DNA of 59,991 nt, the filler included, from Circinaria calcarea (lineage: Eukaryota), in NCBI GenBank assembly GCA_051942165.1. It is 11 parts of 11 records of this genome, joined end to end, with 100 filler letters (N's around TTAATTAATTAA, not from the genome) between each part and the next. Parts side by side here need not be neighbours in the genome. Positions count along the whole stretch, not along the records: positions 10,944 to 16,310 come from JAVECS010001924.1; positions 16,411 to 21,777 come from JAVECS010001925.1; positions 21,878 to 27,243 come from JAVECS010001926.1; 8 more parts are not named here. One strand, given 5' to 3'. The notes beneath the pieces are model-generated. The model was not told where the DNA came from, searched no databases, and worked only from the letters and a program-made list of their open reading frames with translations. Position numbers and translations under genes: made by a program. This document shows, piece after piece, positions 12,427 to 24,990 of this stretch. Within the stretch, counting starts at the first letter, position 1. Every line of letters starts with the position of its first letter.

Positions 12427-13149
12427 TGTAAGATTCTATCTTTCTGAAATGTTCAACTGATAGCTGTAATATGCAGAGCAAGCCAATGAGAGCAGAGTAT
12501 ATCTTTACAAAGATGGGAGTAAACAAAACCAAGAGCTTGAAAAAATATTCCGCAAGGCAGCTGGAATGTGACGTGGGATAGGTTCTCTCTGCTGATCAGG
12601 CTACAAGGAGTGCGTACCCATAGATTGCCATCATGTCGATCCCTACAGAGTTGGCCCTAAGCTCGCACTTGATTGCGAGACTGTTGTAACGGCGCTGATC
12701 GCTGAAGGGGGAAGGTCGATAATACACGCAGATGAGTTTTATGGATTAATTGCGGGGTCGTCGCATACATACATGTACCTGGCATGTCTGCAGCCACGCA
12801 GCCGGCCGCTATTCTAGGCAAGTCTCATGATGGAGAGGGCGATGGCCCATAGTACATGCAATCTGTACCTATGTTAGAAGCTTCTTTGTCCAAAGTCAGC
12901 TCCCTCACCCGGGTATGGTGACTGAACCGGGAGAATTTTCGCATATGCTGCAGCTCGCAGTACATTGCGCATTGCAGATCGTAATTACTAGTACTTGAGA
13001 GATAGGTTAATCGCCTAAACAACGATGCTTCTAAGCAATCTGCGTATCCGCATCCCAAATGTCATGGACAGCGACCGACCATACTGTCCCCAAAGCAACC
13101 ATGCAAGCTCCTTAACCGTCTCCTCCATTAGCCCCCATCATAATGATCG

Positions 13150-14121
13150 CTATAACTTCTCAAACGTCGGCTTCCGCTTCGCAAGTCCCGCCTGGATAGC
13201 TACTGGAACATCATTGGATTGGAGAGCAGCACCGTTCCACACCGCAGTATAACGAAGACCTGGATACTTTAACCTCTGTGTTTGCTCAGTCTCATGAGAT
13301 ATGACTTACCGTCTTGTACGCTGTGGTCCCTTGACCAATTCAGTAGTTCCTTTGTTGCTTGAACGGCAACAGGGCTCTTTCCCGCGATCATACCTGCCCA
13401 TCGGGTTGCTTCTTCTACTGCAGCATCCTTATTGGCATAGACACCGCTAACAAAGCCTACCCGCAAAGCTTCTTCGGCTCCAAACGTCCTTGCTGATAGA
13501 GAGACATCCTTCACCCAGCTAGAGTTACCAACTATCTTTGGCAAGCGACTCAGCGTTCCAACATCAGCTGCAAGTCCAATGTCCACCTCTTTCACGGCAA
13601 ACTTGGTATCACTCGAGCATATCCGAACGTCAGCGCATGTTGCAATGTCAATGCCCAGTCCCAAGCTGAACCCATGCATTACGCATACCACAGGTTTCTC
13701 ACATTTTTCGACTGACTGAACGCATTCTTGGATTTCTAGAATGTGTCGTCGAGTGGCCGTTGCGATTCTTGCACCGTCTCTCGACGAGTCTTGCGGAGTT
13801 GGACCGAGAGGTCCGGATTGAGATGCACTTTGTATATCAAGACCCGCAGTGAATGCCTTGGGCCCTGCTCCAGTCAAAATAATCGCGCGGACAGAAGGTG
13901 AGTGTGATAGAGAATCGAAAATCTGTCGCATCTCAAGCCACATACTGTACAGGTTAACGATAAGTAGCTGGACACCGTTTCGTTTGATACCCATTCCGTA
14001 CTTACTCGCTGATAAAGGCGTTCAGCTTCCCAGGGCGGTTAATCTGCACATGAGCGACATATTCGATAGGATAGGTGACCTCGAAAAATTGCAAAGACCG
14101 GGAATTCGAGGGATTCGCCAT
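13150..14121 (-). CDS. ECH1: Delta3,5-delta2,4-dienoyl-CoA isomerase (crotonase family), probably peroxisomal; 3 exons
   Basis: NRPGKLNAF, AFTAGLD, HGFSLGLGID, KEVDIGLAADVGTLSRLPK. C-terminus KPTFEKL is PTS1-like. Confidence 0.88.
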
Positions 14122-14580
14122 GATGATTGCGGCGGAGGATTAGTGGCTACGAGCTGCGACCAATTCAACTATCTATGTCTGAGGCGGTGTTTTGTAGCGA
14201 CCGTGGATGGTGGAGGGAGGATGGGGAACCGGCGATACTGCAACCGGAGAGGTGTTTTATATATTGGGTTGATGAGGTTTATCGCGTAAGAAGGCAGCAG
14301 GTGAGCCAAAGCTGTACCTCGGTCTTTCCAAATCACGAGGGAGAATAATGTGTTAGCATGCGGCCTGTAGAATCCCGCTCGCGAGATTATCAGTAGCAGA
14401 GATTCACAGGCACTTGATGAGCAAATAATTGAAGCACTCGGATGACTCTTGGGTTTTATAAATCGAGTAAGCACGATCAATCACCACAGAGAATAGTAGC
14501 AATGTAGATAAGCATTACGGAATAAGTGCTTTATACAATGACTTCAATGAAAATAGATTTTCCTAGTTACCATGGAGATA

Positions 14581-14909
14581 TCAGTCCGATCCAGATTCCT
14601 CGGGCATCTGCTGAGTGTTTGCAAGCTCCTAGCAAGAGAATCAGAGGGGAGTTGAGGAAGCAAGATAAGTATGAGATTCTACCTCCTCCAACCTGTACTT
14701 CAACGTAGCCAGTTGGCTCTCTTTCACCACGAGAGTCTGATCGTCCAGGTCCTCGACGATATAGTCATGCTTGTCCTGGTCGATTTTGAGGATGATGGCC
14801 TTGATGGAGGGATCACATTCGACGAGTACACCTACGAATGAAACCTCAGTCATCCGGATAGAAGATGCAAATGCCTCACTCCCGACCGACCTTTGACTGC
14901 TTTGGGCAT
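14581..14909 (-). CDS. TFB5: TFIIH subunit p8/TTDA, 3 exons
   Basis: Spliced product MPKAVKG|VLVECDPSIKAIILKIDQDKHDYIVEDLDDQTLVVKESQLATLKYRLEE|ELANTQQMPEESGSD*. Confidence 0.93.
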
Positions 14910-15324
14910 AATTTGAGCAGAAGTGATGGGGGGAAGGTATCGATTGGGCTGTATGTGTGCGTGTGGTCAGGAGGCTGACGCTTCGGAATTTGGAACAAAT
15001 GTAACCTAAACCCAAAGTGGATGGCACCCTGTGGTCGGCATGACGAATAATCGAGTACCAGTACCAGTATGGGTTACTCCGTAGACGAGCTCGGCCCTCC
15101 ATATGAACGCCATCTCTCCCTTGAATCCTCTTCTCAAAAGAATTCCACGACCCTTCTCTCGAGTACGGGCTCCATCATCTCAATGGTTCATATCGGACAC
15201 ACGTCAAGAAGCCAACAAGCACAGAGCGCAATCTCTTTCCCCCACTTCTACAGCCGCGGCATATACACTACCTCGTAGGTACAACAACCGAGCGAGCACG
15301 AAAACATTACTCCCATCTCCCATC

Positions 15325-16284
15325 ATGGCATCCATCAAGCTGCAGCATCGTTATGCATTGAAACCGTATCCTCACACCCCTTTTCTCGCATTCCTCCTCT
15401 TGTCCCTCCAAACCCCCGCCTTTGCTCAACAAACAATCGATCCATCATTCGACGGTCCATTTGCAACGGCTACAAATGGTGTGGCTCCACCTACAGGATG
15501 GCCCTTCCCCGACTCAAACAATCCCAACGGGTCTGGTGTGAACGTATCCAGGTACTATTTCATCATTCTCGGTGTCGTCATCCTGATCTTCTTGATCTCG
15601 GGCTGGTTCCTTATCCGGAAGCGGGTACAACAGAATGCTCAAGCTCGGGCGGGTGGTGGACAAACCACAAGCCGAGCAGGCGGAGACCCTGATACGCGTC
15701 GTTGGACTACGGGTAGATGGAGATTAACACCGGCGAGGTTGGAGGAAGGATTGAACGAAAGAGGAGAAGCTCCGCCACCGTACATACCAGGCCAGTCACC
15801 ACCTCCCGCAGTACACGTTGACGGTGTAATACGTCACCCTGTCACGGGCGAACCTATTCCACTGGAGGATCTGTCTGGGAAACCGCCAGATTACGATGGT
15901 CGCTCGAGTTCCGAGGAGGACCTCAATTTGACCAGGCCTAGACCAACCTACGCAGCTCCGGATCGATCGGAAGCTAGGGGACATTTACTCGGGAGTACTG
16001 AGAGTTCGGAAGAGAGTGCAGGAGCCGGGGGATCTGGCACCTCTGAAGGGACTCAGACACGAAGAATTGACGAGATGGGACACGATTCTATGACGGGAGC
16101 ACAGGAGATGCCTGAGGTACTTGAGATGAACAGCAATGAGGGGCATATGGAGATGCAACGGACCAAGACCGAAGCAACCCTTCACGGTCCAGAAACCATC
16201 CCATCAAAGCCTGAAGGTCCATCAGAGGTGCCCTCGACCATTCCTCCGAAACACGAGGGAGCAAGTCCCCCAGGCCCGACGTAA
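15325..16284 (+). CDS. Hypothetical single-pass membrane protein with PY motifs
   Basis: Hydrophobic N-terminal segment (FLAFLLLSL...AFA), TM helix YYFIILGVVILIFLISGWFLI followed by RKR, cytosolic EEGLNERGEAPPPY and KPPDY. ATG at 15325 preferred over 15103. Confidence 0.75.
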   Translation: MASIKLQHRYALKPYPHTPFLAFLLLSLQTPAFAQQTIDPSFDGPFATATNGVAPPTGWPFPDSNNPNGSGVNVSRYYFIILGVVILIFLISGWFLIRKRVQQNAQARAGGGQTTSRAGGDPDTRRWTTGRWRLTPARLEEGLNERGEAPPPYIPGQSPPPAVHVDGVIRHPVTGEPIPLEDLSGKPPDYDGRSSSEEDLNLTRPRPTYAAPDRSEARGHLLGSTESSEESAGAGGSGTSEGTQTRRIDEMGHDSMTGAQEMPEVLEMNSNEGHMEMQRTKTEATLHGPETIPSKPEGPSEVPSTIPPKHEGASPPGPT

Positions 16285-19251
16285 AATCCACCCCCCCCCC
16301 CCCCCCCCCCNNNNNNNNNNNNNNNNNNNNNNNNNNNNNNNNNNNNNNNNNNNNTTAATTAATTAANNNNNNNNNNNNNNNNNNNNNNNNNNNNNNNNNN
16401 NNNNNNNNNNAACAGTGGGAAAAGAAATCGCGGTGAAGGTTCCCAAGGGTGAATATGGGGTGAAACGGCCTGTTGGATCCGGGGAACAACCCCCCCGGCG
16501 CTGCTTTATTCTTATAGTTTCGCAAGGCGAGATAGTCCTTAAGTACCATACGGTTTTCGATAAAACCCCCCTTGGTTGTACTCAACAACCATATATAAAA
16601 AGCCCTGGGGGAAAAGAAAATATAAAACCTATTAAATAGATCCCTCCGATACATCAATTCCGGGCCTTTTCTATTTAAATTTTGGAAGCATCATTTGGGC
16701 TTTTGCCTGCTGCAAGCTATTGCAAAAAGTAGAACCTCCCGCGGTAACAATCATTTCCCCTGAATGATACTTACGCTATGGTAAGCCTACTGGGTGTATG
16801 GTATATGGGCGAATTTAATAAACGGAATGGTTTGAGAGCTTATTACCTGGAACCCTTTAGATTAATGAGCTAGCTCCCACGGCTACGATATGGATCTAAG
16901 GGCATATATCCATGGCTACTGTGTGGGTATGGGCATATATATATGGGGGAGTATGCGCTTGTGGGGAACGAGTACCGAGTTGGAAAAAAGGGGCAGTTAA
17001 GCCAACATTGTTAAGCGAGACCATGTTTATTGCTTTGGTCGACTCGCGTATGGCTTTCCATGGGCTATCATACTGTTCAGAATTCTGTTATGTACTGCTC
17101 AATGCGCCCATGCAATGCAACACATTACACCTATATGTCATACTTATTCCAACAAGATGCATATTAGCAGATGCGACCAGCGCCAAGCACGACATGCAAA
17201 GCGGCTTCCACTGCACCTTAGGTAAGTCCTGTCATAAAGTTATAGTGGTTATCAGCGCTTTACTTCCTGCGTACAGCAGAGCCTGATAGGCTGGTACATG
17301 GTGAGATCGATAGACGCCGTAAAACTATTCGACCCCTGAAACGCAGGCGTCGCAGGACAACCTTGGTTGTTTCAACACGCGCAAAAGTGCAGATATGGCT
17401 TCGTTGGTCAGTCTATCCAGATCCTTAGCGACATGGACGCGCCCGCTCTGTCGCAGCTTACTGCGGTAGGTGGTTAACCTCTTAGGATGTCGTCGTGGCC
17501 TGCATCCCATGAGTATCCGAGATAGCACCACCAGAGTGGCAAGAACATCCGTCGCTCTCGTATTTGAATATTCCATTCCCAACCGTCTTCTCTCCGCCGG
17601 GTACCGGATCGGTCTGGTGAGAGGAGTACTGCCTACTCTACCAACTTAGCGGATATGCCTTTAATAATGGTGTGTCCAAGGCTACAAGCCAGTAGTACGT
17701 AAGCCACTACTCTGAAACGGGGATTGATTGTACATGTAGAAAGATTAAAACGAGATAAACTCCGGTCCGGGTTTTGTTTTAGCGGTTCGCAACACGGAGG
17801 AGGAGTTACCATGTATTCCCAATTTCCCCAAAACGCGTCGTGGTCAGATCCCTGCATTGTATTCTATCTTTCTCTCCCCGGACCCCGCTTCCGAGCGAGA
17901 AGACTAAGCGAGGAGGAGAGAAAGGGAAAGGGCCGCCATACAGGCTTCGGCGGTAGTTAGTTTACCCACGCTGTCTGGGCCTTCTTGCAGATCGAGTGCG
18001 AGTAGAGTGTTCTTGCATTGGTAGCCTTCCCCGCTTGGAATGCCGCAGCACAGCAAGAACCGAAGGGTGAAGAGGAATGACAACACTTGGGTGCAGCTCG
18101 CATTATCTGCCATGGCCTCGAACTGAGGTGGGGCTTTACCACTGTGGATAGGTGCACATGTTCCTGTTTCGAACCCTACCTAAGGTTTCTCCGTAAATGG
18201 TTTTCTGTTTTCGCGTACCAGAGGTTGCGATTGAAACTAGCGCGTGGGTGGACGCGACGGACATTTTAGTGGCGTTTGAAGTTTTTGGTCCTCCTCCCTA
18301 CGAATCGGCCCAAACCCCAACCACACCACCACCTCTCATCCCTCACCTTTCACCTCTACACCTCAGCTTTGCGCGCTTCGCCTTCTATTTCCACTCCACC
18401 ACATCGCCTCATTGGGATGCGTTGATCCTTCATTACAGACGCACTCTTGCTCCTGTTCGATTGTCGCTCATTAAAACCGCATCACATCTTCCGGTTGGGA
18501 GGGGAACCCTCTTCGCCCTACTTTACTCCCTAGTCGCGTTTGATCGCCAAGGCTGCCGTCTCACGCGTTTTCAACCTCCACTCCATCCATCCAAAGCTTG
18601 CGCGACCACCAAATGCTCACGAGCTCTTTCGGTGCGCTAAGAGAGAACCTGTCTCGGCTTCATAGCAGTGCTTCGCCCTCAAGCTTTTGCTCTTTGCACC
18701 TTGCCCCAGCAGTCGCTGCTCATCTCAAGCAAAAGGTAGCTTTGCGCTGCTGTCTAACGTCATACCGACGCGAGGCAGACTCTTCGACTTGCTACCTTCA
18801 CACACTCAGCACTTGTATTGCTAAGCCTCGCCGGTGTCTGGAGCTACTGTTGTGAATCAATGTCCAGCTGATCCGGATTAGCCGCGCCTCCTCGATCGAT
18901 TCACCGCTCATCCAAGAGGAGTAGCACCGTCTAGAGGACAGAACAAATAGAGCGAAGACCATCATCGCAGGCCTAATCACCGCAAGGAGAACTTCTTCTT
19001 AGGCTGGCTTAGATAACCTACAAACCACTACAAAGCTCACAGACACATTTGCTCTACCATACGATCATTACCTAATTTTGCGCGGAGAGATTATCCACCA
19101 GTTACACCTCTCGATCGACATCAAGACACGTCTTCACGCTTAGACGTGGATAGCTTCAGAATCAGAGACACATTGTGAGAATCTCGTTTGCCTGCATACA
19201 TCCGATCAACTAGCATCCCTTTTTGGACGATCCGGTCGTCTACCAGTCACC

Positions 19252-21198
19252 ATGACTAAGGGCCGACCCCAATTATCCATCACTCTTCCCCGCAACTTTA
19301 CTTTCCATTATACCGACGGCGAAGGGCCCAAGACCCCAGAACAGGAGGACACCGCTCCAAAGGCACAGTCCCCTCGTGCCTATAAAATCCGACGACGTGG
19401 AAAACCTAGCGTTGTCTCTTCCAACATCTATGGTCAACCTGATGGCCACGAACCTCAAGATGTTCCTATTCCCACCATAGAAACTCCGGCATCACCTGAT
19501 CCGATGCGTCCAGCTTTGCAGCAACGCGCGACAGAACCAGCTAGTGGCTTCCTCGCTCCGGTGATGCCAGGACGTTTTTCTACTGCGCCGAGAACACCAT
19601 CGGCCCAGTTGCCTGTGTTTGTGAATGATTGGAATGACTCCGCTCACAAGAGTTTTGGAGAGTCTTTAAGCCGTCCGATGTCTGCATGTTCTCTGATGTC
19701 GGATTCCTCAGACGACTCTGATTGTAGCAGCGCCACTTCCCATCAATCATTAGGTGGAAGTTGTACGAGTCCGGAGAGTGATGCACCAGATCCATTCAAT
19801 TTCGCCTCTCCCCGAAATGGAAAGGCCAGAAACATATCCACCTCTGTCGAGGATACTCCATTGGCAAGGAAAACCCAAACTTCGAAACCAAAATTGGTTT
19901 TCTGGACATCAGACATGGATAAGCATCTCTGGACAACTTACATGATTTACCTCCAAGATCCCACAGTGACACCTTTCAAGACCCTTCCCGGAAGTCCACC
20001 GCCACTGGGTGTCTGTCATCGTGTAGCGAGAGAGGCGAAGAGGACTTGGCGAGGAACCAGACTAGGGTCTACCAGATTGTCCCACGAGTTGGGCTACTTC
20101 AACATGCGTAGTGGATCGAGCAAGATAGCGCGCAGTAACTCTCCAGATACCATCAAAGCTGGTCGTAGCGGAAGCAACACGCCTACTCATGGATTACCCG
20201 CCAAGCAACCGTCCTGGCCGAAGACTGGTGCTTCAACGAGGCGTCGGTTGCGAGAACTTTGCAAACGAAAAGCCACGATTGCACCACATTACCAGCGACT
20301 ACTTCAAAGTCGGAGCCCCTCACCGTTCACGTCTAGTCCACATTCTGCTTCCAAGTCGGTTCACATGTCAAGCCCTCCACGTGAAGGGGCTCATCTATCG
20401 CCTTTTGCTACTCGCGACATTCAACTATCTTTGACAACAAGTACAGCAGCTTCAATGCAGCCTGATGGACCTCTGGCCCAGCTTTCAAGAGATGATGTGC
20501 CTACAAATCAGCTCAATCATGAGACATTGGGTAATACGCGGGTGCCATGGGCTTCACCAGCGCCTATCCCGTCCGATATTGAAGTGGAGGCTGGTATCCA
20601 AGACACAGCAACGGAGCTACCACACCTAGGGACACCTTTTAGCTATCATACATGGGGTCCTAGTCGATCTCGACCGCTTTTCCGCCCTACAACACCGAGG
20701 ATGCAGCCCAATGATGTAGCTGAACCGAGTTCAAGCATGCAGTTTCTTCATGGTACATTTCCATATCCAAATGTACAGAAGCGTCGTGCGCAGCATCAAC
20801 TTGAAGTGGAGCTAAGTCCAGGAGGAACCGGCTTGCGCAAAAATTTGGTCGAAGATATATTCGCGGGTCCGTCTCAAAGCACCCTCCGTCGAGTCCGTAC
20901 GCGTGGCTTTACTGTTGGAGATGCTACCATTCACGATCGCTTGGCAGCATTGTTCACACCTTCCGAGCCCTCGGCGCCATTTGAAGAAACTGATGGAATA
21001 GTTACGGAAAGGGACAATGCTGTCCAATCTCATGCTGATTCTATCCGACGTTTGGGATCACCGTTCGCCGGCATCAGCGGCCGCCCGTCTAGAGCTCGTG
21101 GCCGACATTTGGCTTCCGCGAGTCTGTCATCTTATGATCCGAATAGCTTCACTTCAATCGAGCAGAGGTTAAGTCAGATCAATCACACGGCACTCTGA
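19252..21198 (+). CDS. Hypothetical protein, 648 aa, Ser/Pro-rich with one ordered helical block
   Basis: Long intronless ORF. Ordered segment WTSDMDKHLWTTYMIYLQDPTVTPF...PPLGVCHRVAREAKRTW and TRRRLRELCK. Confidence 0.85.
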   Translation: MTKGRPQLSITLPRNFTFHYTDGEGPKTPEQEDTAPKAQSPRAYKIRRRGKPSVVSSNIYGQPDGHEPQDVPIPTIETPASPDPMRPALQQRATEPASGFLAPVMPGRFSTAPRTPSAQLPVFVNDWNDSAHKSFGESLSRPMSACSLMSDSSDDSDCSSATSHQSLGGSCTSPESDAPDPFNFASPRNGKARNISTSVEDTPLARKTQTSKPKLVFWTSDMDKHLWTTYMIYLQDPTVTPFKTLPGSPPPLGVCHRVAREAKRTWRGTRLGSTRLSHELGYFNMRSGSSKIARSNSPDTIKAGRSGSNTPTHGLPAKQPSWPKTGASTRRRLRELCKRKATIAPHYQRLLQSRSPSPFTSSPHSASKSVHMSSPPREGAHLSPFATRDIQLSLTTSTAASMQPDGPLAQLSRDDVPTNQLNHETLGNTRVPWASPAPIPSDIEVEAGIQDTATELPHLGTPFSYHTWGPSRSRPLFRPTTPRMQPNDVAEPSSSMQFLHGTFPYPNVQKRRAQHQLEVELSPGGTGLRKNLVEDIFAGPSQSTLRRVRTRGFTVGDATIHDRLAALFTPSEPSAPFEETDGIVTERDNAVQSHADSIRRLGSPFAGISGRPSRARGRHLASASLSSYDPNSFTSIEQRLSQINHTAL

Positions 21199-22806
21199 GA
21201 TAGACCCTTACTCGACGAGCTTCAACGACTTGTATTTGAGGTCTGGCCATATATACCAGCATCAACGATGGATATCCATCCGTTCAACATACTGTCGGCA
21301 CGACCTCTCTAGTTTACATTACCACAAAAAACTGGCATTCCATAGATTTCTTGCTTTGTTTGGCCGATCCGGATTATCGGCTTTACGACTTTCACGATTA
21401 CGATGGAAGTGACTTTTCATAACTCATCACCTTAGGGTATTTTCGGCTCTCAGGAGTTAGAAGGTTACTCCGCCCCCTATCTTGATGTACTCCAACTGTA
21501 TGACGACTTTTCCGCTAAGTTAACTCTTGTACTGCCTTGGCTTTCAAGAATCGAACCTACCTTCAGGATTACACGACTCGAGAATGTGGCAGGATTAACG
21601 GAGCTGGAATATCTTGCTATATACCATGGGAATCTCCCGGGTCACTTTCTACGAGTCATGGATCTACATCACTAATCTTCCACACGAGACACGACCTTAC
21701 ACGATCTAGGCTTCAAGATATGGACATCTTAGATTTCCTATTTCAAACCTACGTACCTTCATGGCTTCAATCTGGACNNNNNNNNNNNNNNNNNNNNNNN
21801 NNNNNNNNNNNNNNNNNNNNNTTAATTAATTAANNNNNNNNNNNNNNNNNNNNNNNNNNNNNNNNNNNNNNNNNNNNTGAGGAGGTGTATTCGCGCCCAA
21901 CGATATCATCCAAGCAGGGCGTGGCGCTTCAAGCCCAAGCAGTCGGCGAGTAGAAATGGCAGATGGACTTGATCTACAGGAACAGTCCCATTTGGCGCAA
22001 TCGGGGTAATTCACAGGACCTGAGGTGTAGAAACATTTGAAGGGGACCCAGAGCGATTGCCATTGGAGAACCGTTGGATTTCCGAAATGCTAGCCATGCT
22101 TTCGCATTCCCTTGCCAGACGATTGGCAGCAACAGGAGTAGGCGGACGGCCTGAATCGGTCCAGAGCGCGTGTGCTTTCCGGTACTCTGTACGGACCAAG
22201 CCCATTGTACGCCGCCAGCCGCTGGGTATTGGGGGACAAGGGCATTGTTCATTGTTCAGTTTTGACCGGGGGAGTTTCAGGTGTGGTCGACTTGCCGGTA
22301 CCACCAGTACTGTCGTAAGGTGGTTGGAGTACCTTAGTTGATAACGGTAGAGAAAGACGAGCGGAATCGAGGGGGAGGGGGTCGACTAAGGCAGGTGCGT
22401 CGTCGGCAAGGTACTAGTGCGGATGGCAGGTAGGGGTCTATCAAAAGCCTTCGGGCTGGTCTGGGCGGAGATTGGATGAAGCTCAACGTGCAGGCTGCAG
22501 TCTTCATCACCTTCAACCGCCAATCACTCCCCAGAATCTGCTGCCTCGTCCGTAGTACAGGATGCCGTTGCTGAGAGGGGCGAGGATCTAGCGAGGGCGG
22601 GGTCGAGTCGTCCAACAAATGCTGCTGGGAGACTTCCGATCGGGACCAGGGCGACCAGGGCGGCGCCTATTTATGGTACCAGTATCTTGAACCCTGATGC
22701 CGAATAGATGTCCTCAAAGGAGGAGGAGAAAGGCCTTTCCCCCGAGACGAGATCTCATGACACTCGGTGGAATCATTCATATCCACTGCTTCAGAACCTC
22801 CTCTCC

Positions 22807-22839
22807 TGCTTCCATCGTGCTTCCATCGTGCTTCCATCG
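22807..22839. repeat. 11-bp tandem repeat x3 (TGCTTCCATCG)
   Basis: Three exact consecutive copies. Confidence 0.9.
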
Positions 22840-24465
22840 TTCCGACGATAGCTCGAGTCTGAGCGTCGGGTCCAAATCAATCACGTTACTCGCTCTGGGG
22901 CGGGACCTGACAGGACCGAGGATTCCGTACATCTATGCGACACGCTGCCATGGAGGGTGGAGGGCTCCGGACGTTCCAAACTGTGGTGCTAATCTCCTTC
23001 TGTCGTGCAACGACAGACGGGCAGATTCCGCGACGTCTGCAGCGCACAGGACTGGTGTGAAGAGCGGTGGGCCTCTTCGTGTTATTTACCACTCCGCGAC
23101 CTATCGCATCTGTTGGCCGTATGTACGTCGATGCCCTATCATGGACTTATCATGCACCACGACTTCCTACCCAAAAGACTTGCGTCTTCCCCCTTCCCTC
23201 CCGCTGCCCCCGCTGGGTCCGCCGCCCATTCTGGGTCTATCAATGGCTCCTTGTCCTGGCACAGATCATCGAGATCCTCCTCCGTACTTATAGCTCCAGT
23301 CCGTACTACAGCAGTGCATTGTGCGGGCCATTGCAGTGATCGATACGCCGAAGTCAGGTTAGTACAATTACTTTTTCAGAAATCTAGTGGTCGGTCCATG
23401 AGATATTGGGGAGATCCTGCGTTGTAGCATCACCCGGTTCGTTCACACCTGGATGTGAGCTGGGCTCCCTCCTCCATTCTCCACACCCCGTGTCAAGCCT
23501 ATGGCTTCTTTTCACTTTCCCTCGTTTCCTGTCCGTCTCGTGGCGATGTCACGAGAAGGATTTGATTAGCCTCATCACATCCTTCGTGGTCAATCGTTAT
23601 TCACGGATCTCCCCATCACCATCACATAATTCATTCTGGACCAGCTCCCGCTCTGGATGTAACTCAGGTGCACACCGAAGGAATCCTCCAATTGTATCCT
23701 CCGTAGAACCTCGACGAGTCTCCTGCAGCATGACTTGGTCAAAGCAACGTTTCTCTCGGAACGCTCAGTTAGTGGAGGAGGTACTGTATTGATCATGGAT
23801 CTTGCATAACGATGACAGTTATCCACATCCAATAATTGCTACCGAACCGGACACTATTCTGAAGCCCCGCTACTGATACCCTAACCACGTCGAACGAAAC
23901 AACCCTTACCCCACCTTTCGCAAACCTTCGACGACCCTCCAGAAGACTGCCACATCGGTCTCCTTTACACTAAAAGCCTTAGGTGTTCGTGCTTCTCCTT
24001 TCACCCCTCCACATACATCGGGTGTTAGACTTCATATCCTCGCCAATCCCCGTTACTGCTATCTGTCTTGGGGCATCGTGGCAACCCCTTCCTCCATCCT
24101 GTTCACGAAATGGTATTTCGCATGGCGACACGTGAATGGCGCTTTGACCTGAGCGTATCTTCCTGTACGCACAGTGCACGGTCGGGTTGTTCTGAACGAT
24201 GTAGCTGGTCGGCGCAGGCGAGCGAATCACTTTGTATCGCCACTTGGTTTGAAGTGGTTCGATGCCTAAAGGTCGCTCTTCACGTCGATATTTGAACACA
24301 AAGTTAAGTGGCGATGTTCGGAGAAGATGGTGTCTTGAATCATCATAATGGACAGTGTGTTTCCTTTTTAGACTAATCCGAATTAGCAATTTCTTCGACG
24401 GCTCTAGGTCCACGACAACTTACTCATAGGCCAAAGTGCCTAGGCGGATCAAACAGTTCGATCCT

Positions 24466-24990
24466 TCACTCAGCAATCGTATTCATCGTCCGGCTGTCCG
24501 CTCTTCTTTTTAGGGGACTGCTCCTCATTCTCTTTCTCTCAACTGGAGCAGGCGCTAGCCTCCTCGGTTCCCTCCTTGGTACACTCGCACCAAATGGTGG
24601 TTGCACGGTCCTACTCCACGAGATCTCTTGCTCCCGCATCACAACCCCTGGTGCGCTCAGGCACCCGTCATCATTTCTCAGTAGCCATCCGTCCAAACTA
24701 ATCAGATCGTCATCTGAGATGCGAGAGTCGGCACACTCGTGTGAATTGCTGTCTACAACAGACGGCGAGAGAGATGCGCGGTTGGGCCAGGATGGGTATG
24801 CGCAGAAGGCATTTCCCGGTGAACTGGGACTGAATGGAGCCCGGGGCGAGGATATCGACGGCGACAAGGAGAAGGAGTCCGTCGAGGCAGTCGTAGACGG
24901 AGGGGACAGCGAAGATTTTGTCGGGATGGACCAGTTGGAGGCGAAGATGATGGTAGGTGTGGGCGACGCTAAGCTGTTGGAACGATGCAT
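24466..24990 (-). CDS. Small Ser/Pro-rich hypothetical protein
   Basis: ORF from MHRSNSLASP. The motif CAYPSWPNRASL...SRISDDDL resembles short conserved blocks in otherwise disordered fungal proteins. Basic C-terminus. Confidence 0.6.
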   Translation of the reverse strand: MHRSNSLASPTPTIIFASNWSIPTKSSLSPPSTTASTDSFSLSPSISSPRAPFSPSSPGNAFCAYPSWPNRASLSPSVVDSNSHECADSRISDDDLISLDGWLLRNDDGCLSAPGVVMREQEISWSRTVQPPFGASVPRREPRRLAPAPVERKRMRSSPLKRRADSRTMNTIAE

